DNA from: an uncultured virus (IMG/VR IMGVR_UViG_3300013005_000033) | Taxonomy: Duplodnaviria; Heunggongvirae; Uroviricota; Caudoviricetes | Strand: one strand, 5' to 3' | Virus record (IMG/VR): IMGVR_UViG_3300013005_000033 | Span: 58,117 to 78,116 of that record | DNA length: 20,000 nucleotides | Shown: one piece after another, positions 7,341 through 15,032 of the stretch | Layout of the letters: the number at the start of each line of letters is the position of its first letter | How positions within the stretch are numbered: position 1 is the stretch's first letter | Notes under the pieces: generated by a model | Databases searched by the model: none | Told to the model about the DNA's origin: nothing | What the model saw: the letters and a program-made list of their open reading frames with translations, nothing else | Program-made: the position numbers and the translations under genes

Positions 7341-7399
7341 TTGAAACGATTGCATCAATTTGACAGATGGCATAAGAAACTGACCAAGGAATGCTGTAA

Positions 7400-7684
7400 A
7401 TGAGCCTGGCAAAAAAAGTTTGGCACCTTTTGCTTCGCAAGGGAATGGAGTTGAGGAGCAATCCCAACTTCTCCGAGGTTGAATGGGACGATTATGTTCT
7501 TTCAATCGGTTGCGAGACGGCGCAATGTGAAGCAAGTAATTTCGGCGGCTACGAAGAAGAAAAGAGCGTCGTTGTAAGGGACGAAAACCACACAGCGTTC
7601 GGCAACAAAAGAGGCCAAATCCCGAGGTGCTTGAGGATAGACAAGGAGACTGCCATGAAGATTGCGATTCTGGGGTTGCCATGA
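7400..7684 (+). CDS. LGxP-family member 14
   Basis: AAGGA RBS; WDDYVLSIGC, IDKETAMKIAILGLP*. Confidence 0.85.
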   Translation: MSLAKKVWHLLLRKGMELRSNPNFSEVEWDDYVLSIGCETAQCEASNFGGYEEEKSVVVRDENHTAFGNKRGQIPRCLRIDKETAMKIAILGLP

Positions 7685-7941
7685 AACTTGAAAGCCAGAT
7701 AGTCGCGATGCTTTGGCACAAGAGCCATGAGATAATCATGATCAAGAAGCCTCCTAGGCCCCAAATGGATTGGTACGAGAAAAACTGGCTTTCGTATTTG
7801 ATGGACATAGGCATCTTTCCATATGATGAGCACTCTCCTAACCTCGACGATCTCGTGATCGTCAATGATCCATGCGGCACTGGTCGTTTGGCGCTGTCAA
7901 AGGAAACGGCCATGAAGATCATGGTTTTGGGGCTGCCATGA
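7681..7941 (+). CDS. LGxP-family member 15
   Basis: WLSYLMDIG, LSKETAMKIMVLGLP*. Confidence 0.85.
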   Translation: MKLESQIVAMLWHKSHEIIMIKKPPRPQMDWYEKNWLSYLMDIGIFPYDEHSPNLDDLVIVNDPCGTGRLALSKETAMKIMVLGLP

Positions 7942-8126
7942 ACAAGGAAGAAATGATACAATCTGTTACGCTGAAGCTCAGCGACGGCACCGTGGGAACC
8001 TTCGTGGGTCCCGCCTTGGTGTTTGAAGAGTCCGCAAGGATAGTGGATGTGACATTCGGGCCGCCCAGGCCCATGCCGACCGGTTGCGAGTGGGGAAAAA
8101 TAGACACGGAGGAGCACGATGAGTAA
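7938..8126 (+). CDS. Small hypothetical protein
   Basis: ATGA overlap; MNKEEMIQSVTLKLSDG... Confidence 0.75.
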   Translation: MNKEEMIQSVTLKLSDGTVGTFVGPALVFEESARIVDVTFGPPRPMPTGCEWGKIDTEEHDE

Positions 8127-8946
8127 ACAAGAACAACAAGAGCGTTTCAATGCCGCCGTAATGAACTGGATCGCCGAGGCAACAAGCATGTACTCCGGCG
8201 CCTGCGGCGACGGAGGCAGACGCATTGTGGCCGACGCTTGCGGGCAGTGCTGGACTGCATTTGAAGCAATGAAGAATCCAGAGCCCGAATCCCCAGTTCC
8301 ACTGAAGAGCGGTGCGGCACCGGCAGATACACAGGAACCGGTGGCGTGGTACGGTTACGCCGTACGAGCAGACGGCGGGTTTTGCAAGAGCCTTGACTTT
8401 AGCCAGAAGGACGTGGAACGCGAGCTTGCCCAAAACGCCCGCACCGTAATTGAAATCGTTCCGCTCTACCGCCAGCCGCAGCCTACGCTCACCGACGAGC
8501 GTGCTGTGGCAAAAACAGAAGGCAATGTTTGGCTGCACGCATCAAACAAAGAGTTGAGCGACGAAGTTGACAGGCTCACCGCCGAGGTTAACCGTCTGGA
8601 GGCATGGCGCGACACGGCGATGAAGTTCGGCGAGAGCATCGTCACTACCGGCCCTACGGGATACTACGATTTCACTCCGGCGGAGTGGATGGATTGGGCG
8701 ACTCAACATATCCATCCCCGTAGCCCTTCGCCTGCGACTCTTACCGACCACGAGTTCAAGATGATTGACAATCTTGCGTTTCTTCTTGAACAGTATGGAT
8801 GGAAGAGCTATGCCGTCGTGCTCAAATCGCTGCTCGTAAAACTTGGAGGCCGCGTTGAAAAAGAAGAAGAGACAAGGGTTAGGGTTGAAGATTGTTTTCC
8901 CAAAGTTCCCAATCAGCCCGGATTCATGAGGTGGTTCAAAAAATGA
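8119..8946 (+). CDS. Modular phage protein with EPVAW...PLYRQ module, coiled coil and LTDxE module
   Basis: GGAGG RBS; QEPVAW...IVPLYRQPQPTLTDE; LSDEVDRLTAEVNRLE; ATLTDHE...LKSLLVKLGG. Confidence 0.8.
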   Translation: MSKQEQQERFNAAVMNWIAEATSMYSGACGDGGRRIVADACGQCWTAFEAMKNPEPESPVPLKSGAAPADTQEPVAWYGYAVRADGGFCKSLDFSQKDVERELAQNARTVIEIVPLYRQPQPTLTDERAVAKTEGNVWLHASNKELSDEVDRLTAEVNRLEAWRDTAMKFGESIVTTGPTGYYDFTPAEWMDWATQHIHPRSPSPATLTDHEFKMIDNLAFLLEQYGWKSYAVVLKSLLVKLGGRVEKEEETRVRVEDCFPKVPNQPGFMRWFKK

Positions 8947-8951
8947 AGTAT

Positions 8952-8984
8952 ATCGGGACAGAAATCGGGACATTGTGTCCCGAT
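8952..8984. repeat. ATCGGGACA direct repeat (two copies) plus inverted copy
   Basis: ATCGGGACA at 8952-8960 and 8964-8972; TGTCCCGAT at 8976-8984. Confidence 0.85.
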
Positions 8985-8994
8985 CTTGCAACTA

Positions 8995-9159
8995 TTGGCG
9001 ACTCGTGAAAAACCTAGATGGAAAAAAATATCTCAAGAATCGTTGGCACACGCAGTTATTCGTAATCTACTTGAACGCCTCGGTGTAGCCGGCGACGAGT
9101 TTCTGTCCATCGACGATGAAATCCTGCGAAATATGATTGATCAAGGAGAAAAGAAATGA
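8995..9159 (+). CDS. Small hypothetical protein (below ORF-track cutoff; start uncertain)
   Basis: TTG start; ...AHAVIRNLLERLGVAGDEF...GEKK*, stop overlaps the next ATG. Confidence 0.45.
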   Translation: MATREKPRWKKISQESLAHAVIRNLLERLGVAGDEFLSIDDEILRNMIDQGEKK

Positions 9160-9320
9160 CAAAATACAATAGTGTTCAAGAAATGCTGGACGATGCTGGA
9201 GAGCCAGATTTTGCCGAAGATTTTCGTAAACATATGGCAAAACCATTTGTAAGACTCAAGAAATTTTTTTCAATTAATTGGGCTGTATTGGTTGCATTTA
9301 TTTGTAGAAAGAAAAAATGA
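9156..9320 (+). CDS. Small hypothetical protein (54 aa)
   Basis: AAGGAG RBS; MTKYNSVQEMLDDAGEPDF...; ATGA overlaps at both ends. Confidence 0.7.
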   Translation: MTKYNSVQEMLDDAGEPDFAEDFRKHMAKPFVRLKKFFSINWAVLVAFICRKKK

Positions 9321-9601
9321 ACGACAACAATGAAGTAGTCACTGTAACACTATCCCTTACCAAACATCAGTGGAAAGACATCATCCAGCATATTATGAAT
9401 GATGCTAGTATGTTGGAAATGGGATTATGCGCCCAAGCTGATCGTGATGCAGACCTAGTGGAAGAAAACCAAAGATTGAAAAATCAAGCGGAGCGACATA
9501 TGGAAATTATGACGCTCAAATCAATGAAACTGGCACAGGGTGGCTACCAACCCGTAGTGAGTCAAACCGAAGTGCCGAAGGCTCCGCCTAAGAAGCGGTG
9601 A
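9317..9601 (+). CDS. Hypothetical protein with coiled coil
   Basis: ATGA overlap; LVEENQRLKNQAE. Confidence 0.75.
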   Translation: MNDNNEVVTVTLSLTKHQWKDIIQHIMNDASMLEMGLCAQADRDADLVEENQRLKNQAERHMEIMTLKSMKLAQGGYQPVVSQTEVPKAPPKKR

Positions 9602-9675
9602 AGCAACCCGGTACTTTTGTGTTTTTTGCGCCGGAAAATTTTAACCTTGACGCACTATTATCGCTAGGAGAAAAA

Positions 9676-9885
9676 ATGATTAAAATGATTTACGCATCCG
9701 CCGTGGCTACTTTTTGTTCCATACTGACATCTGCTTTGGTTTTGGGTTTTTTATATTGGATTGTGAATATATTCAAGCTGAATTACGGAAGAGACGCATA
9801 TTGGGTTTTTAGTGTTGCATTCTTTGCGTTTCTGATAAGTTGGATAGTTGTATTTGGTCTTTTTGTCGGACAGAACAGTCGGTAG
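9676..9885 (+). CDS. Small two-TM membrane protein (in-frame upstream GTG at 9598)
   Basis: AGGAG RBS before ATG 9676; two hydrophobic segments. Confidence 0.7.
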   Translation: MIKMIYASAVATFCSILTSALVLGFLYWIVNIFKLNYGRDAYWVFSVAFFAFLISWIVVFGLFVGQNSR

Positions 9886-9911
9886 AATTACCGGTTTTGA
9901 TTGGAAAAATC

Positions 9912-10175
9912 ATGAGCAAATTTGAACCCGGCACGGTTGTGGTTTTTGCTCCAGAAAATTTTAACCCCGAGTTTTGGAACAAGTTGCCAGAACAAGATAA
10001 AGTTAAGTATTATGGATCATTGGGATACGGATCAAAAAAACCAAAGTTCTTTGCATTCTTGACTGAAATTAAAAATGCTCCTGGTCATTGTGTTTTGGCT
10101 GATTTGGATGACGGAAGAATTGAAGTTATGAGACACATTAGTGATTTTAGAGAAGTTAACGAGGATGAATTCTAA
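9912..10175 (+). CDS. Hypothetical phage protein
   Basis: MSKFEPGTVVVFAPENFN...GHCVLADLDDGRIEVMRHISDFREV. Confidence 0.8.
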   Translation: MSKFEPGTVVVFAPENFNPEFWNKLPEQDKVKYYGSLGYGSKKPKFFAFLTEIKNAPGHCVLADLDDGRIEVMRHISDFREVNEDEF

Positions 10176-10266
10176 AAAGAGATAGAAAAAGTAAATTCCA
10201 AAATGGTTTCTTGACTGGTTTATCCAAACCCTAAATATTGCCTGTTTTAAAATCCGTCGTCGTGAC

Positions 10267-10295
10267 TTTACACCGACCTAAAACGAGACTAGAAT
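10267..10295 (+). promoter_or_regulatory. Sigma70-type promoter TTTACA-N17-TAGAAT
   Basis: Same -35 hexamer and spacing as 4847; intergenic; upstream of AAGGAG RBS and ATG 10325. Confidence 0.75.
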
Positions 10296-10324
10296 GAGGA
10301 AGAAGATCGCAAAGGAGCGAGTCC

Positions 10325-10489
10325 ATGGAAAAATTCAACTGGTGCGCCTTCTGGAAGGGCTTTGACATCTTCGGCGCGATGTTCTCACCGCCGCCGGATC
10401 TGCCAAAAACAGACGAAGAGGCGTTCGCACGCGACATGCAGGCACTCGCAGACGATTTTGAGACCGTGATCAAGGATCAGAGGAGATGA
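10325..10489 (+). CDS. Small hypothetical protein (54 aa)
   Basis: AAGGAG RBS; MEKFNWCAFWKGFDIFG...DMQALADDFETVIKDQRR*. Confidence 0.75.
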   Translation: MEKFNWCAFWKGFDIFGAMFSPPPDLPKTDEEAFARDMQALADDFETVIKDQRR

Positions 10490-10490
10490 A

Positions 10491-10874
10491 ATGAAGAAGA
10501 AGATCGCCGAGAAATGGGTCAAGGCCCTTCGTTCCGGAAAGTACAAGCAGGGCAGGCACGCCCTCAAGTACAAGACCAAGGCCGGAGTCACGAGGCACTG
10601 CTGCCTCGGGGTATTGTGCGAACTCTACCAGAAGGAGCACAAGAGGAAGTTGAAGACCGAGGCAGAGAGAGGCACTGAAGAACTCAGGGACTGCAAGGTG
10701 ATGAAATTCGGCGACTGCAACGGGACGTTGCCCGAAAAGGTGATGATTTGGAGTGGCATAGGAATCGACGATGGCGGACTGCCCGACGGACGCACCCTCG
10801 CCCAGATGAACGACCACGGCGATGACTTCGAAGACATCGCGTATGTAATTGAGAGCGAGTACGATGGTCTATGA
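10491..10874 (+). CDS. Conserved phage hypothetical protein (KWVKALRSGxYKQG...CCLGVLC type)
   Basis: WVKALRSGKYKQG, CCLGVLCE, LAQMNDHGDDFEDIA; AGGAG RBS. Confidence 0.85.
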   Translation: MKKKIAEKWVKALRSGKYKQGRHALKYKTKAGVTRHCCLGVLCELYQKEHKRKLKTEAERGTEELRDCKVMKFGDCNGTLPEKVMIWSGIGIDDGGLPDGRTLAQMNDHGDDFEDIAYVIESEYDGL

Positions 10875-11158
10875 CCCACCCCCTTGATGTCACCGAGGGA
10901 TGGACGAAACTCTACGCCACCATCCACTCCGAATTCGCGCTCGCCCAGATGAAAGGGAACTTGGTCTATCCCGGAGAGATGATAGACGAATGGAACGCCC
11001 GATTGGAGTCGCTCGGCATGATCCTCACAGATTATCAAACTTGGACGGGAATAAAAGGGTCAAACCCCAACGGCATCACCATGTCCAATCCCGCCGGGGG
11101 ATGGATTCAAATTCCGTTGGATGTGGCGACGAAGGTACTGACGCTGGGGTTGCCGTGA
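10871..11158 (+). CDS. LGxP-family member 16
   Basis: WNARLESLG, IPLDVATKVLTLGLP*. Confidence 0.85.
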   Translation: MTHPLDVTEGWTKLYATIHSEFALAQMKGNLVYPGEMIDEWNARLESLGMILTDYQTWTGIKGSNPNGITMSNPAGGWIQIPLDVATKVLTLGLP

Positions 11159-11439
11159 TGAGACCCGACAGGAAACTCGCGGAGACGATCCAGAAGGCGT
11201 ATTACAATTCCGACCCTTGGCCTCCGAAGAGCGAGGACTGGCTGAGGCGCATACTCCGAACGGGAGCCTGGTTGGCAAGGGCGGATAACGCTGAAATTCA
11301 ACTTGAGAAAGATCCCAACCTTTGTTCGTGTGCGGATCCCGGAGACTTCATGTGCCGGACATTCGGCGTCGTGGAGGCGACCATGATCCTCGTCCCGAAG
11401 GAAATCGCAATCAAAATCATGACATTGGGGCTGCCGTGA
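11155..11439 (+). CDS. LGxP-family member 17
   Basis: GTG 11155 or ATG 11158; WLRRILRTG, VPKEIAIKIMTLGLP*. Confidence 0.8.
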   Translation: MMRPDRKLAETIQKAYYNSDPWPPKSEDWLRRILRTGAWLARADNAEIQLEKDPNLCSCADPGDFMCRTFGVVEATMILVPKEIAIKIMTLGLP

Positions 11440-11726
11440 ACAGAGAATCAATCTCCAAACTGGAGCACATGTTTCGTGATAGTTTCTTTAGGCTTTACGA
11501 CATGTATTTCAGACATGAGCCCGTCATCAAACACGATTGTGTCATGCTGAAGTGGACCGAATTCTTGAAGGGTCATGGATGCTATTTTCTTTTAAAGGGC
11601 CGTCTTGTTGAGCCAGTGAATCATCCGAAAGGCTTCGTGCTCGTGTCCGACCCCATCAGGTGCAGAACAATAGCGGCCCCGACAGAATTCGCCCTAAAGG
11701 CTCTGTATTTTGGCGAAATCCCATGA
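11436..11726 (+). CDS. LGxP-family member 18, close paralog of member 4
   Basis: SISKLE, WTEFLKGHGC, LVEPVNHPKGFVLVSDPIRCRTIAAPTEFALKALYFGEIP*. Confidence 0.85.
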   Translation: MNRESISKLEHMFRDSFFRLYDMYFRHEPVIKHDCVMLKWTEFLKGHGCYFLLKGRLVEPVNHPKGFVLVSDPIRCRTIAAPTEFALKALYFGEIP

Positions 11727-12043
11727 GCATGGATACTTTTTTAGACCAACTCAACCTCAAGGTGTACCGGCTCTTCAGAGAGAAGGGCAAGGAACTGAAG
11801 GGTGCGGGCTTGTTCTCCGAAGAGGGTTGGCTGGAGTACATACATTCGCTGGGGTGCGAAACCTCCGACAAGCAATCCTGCACCCGGTGTGGCAAGACCA
11901 GCATCATCCCTTATGACTCAAAGATGATTGTCTTCAGGGACGAACATTTTATTCGGGAAAAGGACGGATCAAAATACTACGACCGAATGATATTGGTAGA
12001 CACAGAAACGGCATTCAAGATCGTCGCACTGGGACTGCCATGA
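11723..12043 (+). CDS. LGxP-family member 19
   Basis: KVYRLFREKG, WLEYIHSLGC, VDTETAFKIVALGLP*. Confidence 0.85.
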   Translation: MSMDTFLDQLNLKVYRLFREKGKELKGAGLFSEEGWLEYIHSLGCETSDKQSCTRCGKTSIIPYDSKMIVFRDEHFIREKDGSKYYDRMILVDTETAFKIVALGLP

Positions 12044-12336
12044 TAACCCGAGAAAACAAGGACAAGATCGCCCAACTCATTCAAGAGTCCACCTCGCATC
12101 CGAAATTGAAGTTCTCGGACACGCTCCCGAAGAAGTCCGGGATGAGCTTCTTCCAAGAGGAACTCCTCAAACTCGGGATAAAGGAAGTAGAGAAGGACAA
12201 GGGCAAATTCGACAGCAAGAAGCACATAATCATTGATCTGGGGTGGCCCGTCAGAAGCGGCAAAGTGCTGAAAGTTCCAACCCCGTTGGCCATAAAGATT
12301 CTGGCGTTGGGCTTTTTTCCTTGGAAGATACAATAG
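12040..12336 (+). CDS. LGxP-family member 20
   Basis: FQEELLKLG, VPTPLAIKILALGFFP. Confidence 0.8.
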   Translation: MITRENKDKIAQLIQESTSHPKLKFSDTLPKKSGMSFFQEELLKLGIKEVEKDKGKFDSKKHIIIDLGWPVRSGKVLKVPTPLAIKILALGFFPWKIQ

Positions 12337-12350
12337 TTTTGGAGACACTC

Positions 12351-12593
12351 ATGGACGACGCCGAGAAACAAGATTTTGAACTCAATCCCGTCTCCCTCAA
12401 GACGGCCGGAACTATGAAGGTGCGCTATGTAAACGGGGACAAACTCAAGCCAGTGCAACTTGAAGATGGCGGACTAACATCCGGACAGCGGGATGCGATA
12501 AGAATCGCCTTGGTACATTTGATCTTGGCCTCGGTGAAAGACCCCTCGCTAGAAAAACACATTGAAACACTCAGGGACATGATTGAAGCATGA
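12351..12593 (+). CDS. Hypothetical protein with LTxxQRDAI module
   Basis: GGAG RBS; MDDAEK...LTSGQRDAIRIAL...HIETLRDMIEA. Confidence 0.75.
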   Translation: MDDAEKQDFELNPVSLKTAGTMKVRYVNGDKLKPVQLEDGGLTSGQRDAIRIALVHLILASVKDPSLEKHIETLRDMIEA

Positions 12594-12808
12594 GCAAATT
12601 GGGAAGAACCGCGTGGTGCCTGCGTTCGCCGAAGGGGAGGCTTGTCATCAAGACGCTCCATTCAAGCCGATCCGCATGTCTGGAGTTGAGCATCCCGTGC
12701 TTCAGATTCAAGCATAACTGGCTCCAGCCTTTTAACAGGACATGGAAGGAAGCCAGAAGTCTCGGGTGGAGCGTTGTCCTTGTGGATATCAAGGAAAAAT
12801 CAAAATGA
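12590..12808 (+). CDS. Small basic hypothetical protein
   Basis: ATGA overlaps at both ends. Confidence 0.75.
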   Translation: MSKLGRTAWCLRSPKGRLVIKTLHSSRSACLELSIPCFRFKHNWLQPFNRTWKEARSLGWSVVLVDIKEKSK

Positions 12809-12915
12809 ACATTTTTCAAAAACTCAATACTCCGATAACTGTTCCTAAATGGAAGTATGCTCTTTTGTGGCTTTTGGTGTTTATGACCGCCGTCACTCAC
12901 ATGTTTAAGAAGTGA
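12805..12915 (+). CDS. Small membrane peptide (36 aa)
   Basis: MNIFQKLNTPITVPKWKYALLWLLVFMTAVTHMFKK*; ATGA overlap. Confidence 0.5.
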   Translation: MNIFQKLNTPITVPKWKYALLWLLVFMTAVTHMFKK

Positions 12916-12959
12916 CCGTCGGCCAAAGGAAAAACACATGACTGAGTCAAAGGTGAATA

Positions 12960-13322
12960 ATGAGTGAACAAGAACCTGTGGCGTGGGCTCTTTATCCGCC
13001 TCTTGATGAAACGCCAAAAAAGCCAGTGATGGTATTTCAATGCCTAAAAGATGCGAATGATGAAGCGATTGAGTCCGGGTGTGATATCGTCCCTCTGTAC
13101 CGCCAATCGCGGTGGATTCCTATAACGGAACAACTCCCCCCAGAGGGCGAGCGCGTTTTGTTTTACTTGGACGATCCGTTGACAGAGGTGAATCTTGGAT
13201 GGTGGGAGGGCAAGCACACGCACGGCAAAGCGATTGCCATGGAGTACGGAGATGCCGACGGCGATTGGCTCCCGTGTAGCCACTGGATGTCGCTTCCGAC
13301 CACAACGAGTGAACAAAAATGA
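12960..13322 (+). CDS. DUF551-like phage protein with N-terminal EPVAW module
   Basis: WIPITEQLPPEGERVL...SHWMSLP (DUF551 signature WIxxxExLP...HWMPLP); QEPVAW...IVPLYRQ. Confidence 0.8.
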   Translation: MSEQEPVAWALYPPLDETPKKPVMVFQCLKDANDEAIESGCDIVPLYRQSRWIPITEQLPPEGERVLFYLDDPLTEVNLGWWEGKHTHGKAIAMEYGDADGDWLPCSHWMSLPTTTSEQK

Positions 13323-13436
13323 GAAGAACAAACCAGATAGTCGGCATGGTCAACTTCCCGGTGGACTCGGATCAGTACGAGAGCACCAAGGTATGATTAG
13401 GTTGCATACGCTGCCAACCCCAGTGACGAGATGTAG

Positions 13437-13847
13437 ATGAAACCGAGAAAGCAAAAAAAAATGAACGACGAACAGAAAACTTGGTTGAAAGTTCTCCTTT
13501 ATTTAGTTGCAATCATATCATTGGTTTCTTTCTTGTGTTATTTGGACAATGAGTGGAGAGAGAAGATGGGCTCCGCCATCTTTTGCCCCAAGGGCGTCAA
13601 GCCGAACAATGTGGTGGAACGCTTCCACGAACACCAAGAAGTCAAGGTCTTGGAAAAGGGTACCGACGAGGTCGTAAGGACCTACGGAAGGGTGCGGCTC
13701 ACTTTCCTCTCCAAGGATTCGTTCATGATACAGGACGACAACACAGGGAACCCCATCCTGCTTCTCGTGCAACTCAAACCCAACGAATATGTCACGGCGT
13801 TCACGAAAACTGAAAATTTTGAAGCCAAGGCTTGGGGTTTAAAATGA
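13437..13847 (+). CDS. Membrane-anchored hypothetical protein (start may be 13461)
   Basis: TM segment WLKVLLYLVAIISLVSFLCYL. Confidence 0.75.
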   Translation: MKPRKQKKMNDEQKTWLKVLLYLVAIISLVSFLCYLDNEWREKMGSAIFCPKGVKPNNVVERFHEHQEVKVLEKGTDEVVRTYGRVRLTFLSKDSFMIQDDNTGNPILLLVQLKPNEYVTAFTKTENFEAKAWGLK

Positions 13848-14257
13848 ATGAGTCTTGTGCCGATCCCGACGCCCCGCTCGAGAGCTGCTTCGTGTGTGGA
13901 AAATCCATCCACACCTGCGAAAGGAAAGAGGCCGTAAACAACAGCTATCTCTGTCCCGTTCATGGCGACGGGTGGCAGAGGGGCGATGGGGCTTGGATCT
14001 GTAGCGAGGAGTGCGACCAGAAGTATGAAGCCGACAAGCCCCGCCACTCCAGCTTAAAGTTCTTCCACCCCTTCAACTTCGTCTTCGTCAAGAGGCCGAA
14101 GACGGACGATCCCAACTGGCACCCCAGTGACGACCTTCACCAATATGGATTCAGCCTTGACCTGACTACCGAACTTTATTTCTACACCTACGACTGGGGC
14201 CGGGGTTTTAACTTCAGGGTATTGGGATTCGGATTCGAGGTGTGCTTCAACCCATGA
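13844..14257 (+). CDS. Cys-rich (putative Zn-binding) hypothetical protein
   Basis: CFVC, CPVH, CSEEC motifs; ATGA overlap. Confidence 0.75.
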   Translation: MNESCADPDAPLESCFVCGKSIHTCERKEAVNNSYLCPVHGDGWQRGDGAWICSEECDQKYEADKPRHSSLKFFHPFNFVFVKRPKTDDPNWHPSDDLHQYGFSLDLTTELYFYTYDWGRGFNFRVLGFGFEVCFNP

Positions 14258-14463
14258 ATATCGAAAACGAGTTCCACACGGCGATCCTTCTGACGATCGA
14301 CCTGCACCGCCTGGTCACCGCCGGGCAAGGCGAGTCGGAGGAAGCCGACATCGTCCGCGAAACGCTGGGCAGTCTGCTGCTGACATTAGAGAAGGACGAC
14401 AGCGACCTTTGCGCTAAGGTATCGGCGAGGCTAGACTGGTACGAGAGATGGTATAGACAATGA
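14254..14463 (+). CDS. Hypothetical protein
   Basis: ATGA overlap; MNIENEFHTAILL... Confidence 0.75.
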   Translation: MNIENEFHTAILLTIDLHRLVTAGQGESEEADIVRETLGSLLLTLEKDDSDLCAKVSARLDWYERWYRQ

Positions 14464-14535
14464 AAATAAAAAAGCTCACGGCGGACCTCAGCCGAAGTGC
14501 AACCCGTACACAGCATTCGATGAAAAGGTGGATGT

Positions 14536-14790
14536 ATGACTAAAACTTGGGATTTCACCCTCGTGCTGAAGGGGGTGTCGGACTTGACCGACGATCTGGC
14601 CGACGCCCTTTTTGAGGCGGGATGCGACGACGCGACCCATAGCATGGTGGGCGGCAAGCCTCTTCTTGATTTCTCCAGGGAGGCGGAATCGCTCGAGGAA
14701 GCCGTCTTGACCGCCTTGGAAGACATCCGGCGGGCCGGCGAGATGCTGGGTGTCCCTTTGGATGTGGAACGCATTGGAGATGAACTGTGA
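14536..14790 (+). CDS. Bacterial-type 'FEAGCDDA' protein, resembling the N-terminal domain of putative HicB-like antitoxin/DNA-binding proteins
   Basis: FTLVL...LADALFEAGCDDA...LDFSREAESLEEAVLTALEDI motif set; AAGGTGG RBS. Confidence 0.65.
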   Translation: MTKTWDFTLVLKGVSDLTDDLADALFEAGCDDATHSMVGGKPLLDFSREAESLEEAVLTALEDIRRAGEMLGVPLDVERIGDEL

Positions 14791-15029
14791 AACTCTCCGA
14801 CGACAACATCAAAAAGCTTGAAGTTCTTCTTCGCAACGCACTTGCGATTAGATCAATGGGTCCTGAGGCTCTGCCTGCGAGTAGCGGCATTTTTTTGGCA
14901 GACATGATGTACGATTTCAGCGAATTCCCGAAGGGTTTCGTGCCGGTGAATCTCGGGATGGAGTATTACGCCTTGATTCCCAATGAACTAGCCATGAGGG
15001 CGTTGACCCTCGGCCACCTTGAATTTTAA
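14787..15029 (+). CDS. LGxP-family member 21 (short, central motif degenerate)
   Basis: KKLEVLLRN, PKGFVPV, IPNELAMRALTLGHL. Confidence 0.75.
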   Translation: MKLSDDNIKKLEVLLRNALAIRSMGPEALPASSGIFLADMMYDFSEFPKGFVPVNLGMEYYALIPNELAMRALTLGHLEF

Positions 15030-15032
15030 ACC

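Noticed and set aside
7212..8225. 337-aa minus-strand ORF (also 1305-1907, 5953-6561, 7978-8538, 14247-14774)
   Set aside because: Antisense shadows of coupled + strand genes that have RBSs and family motifs; translations show no recognisable motifs.
9647..9675. TTGACG as a -35 promoter element
   Set aside because: No acceptable -10 hexamer at 16-18 nt spacing.
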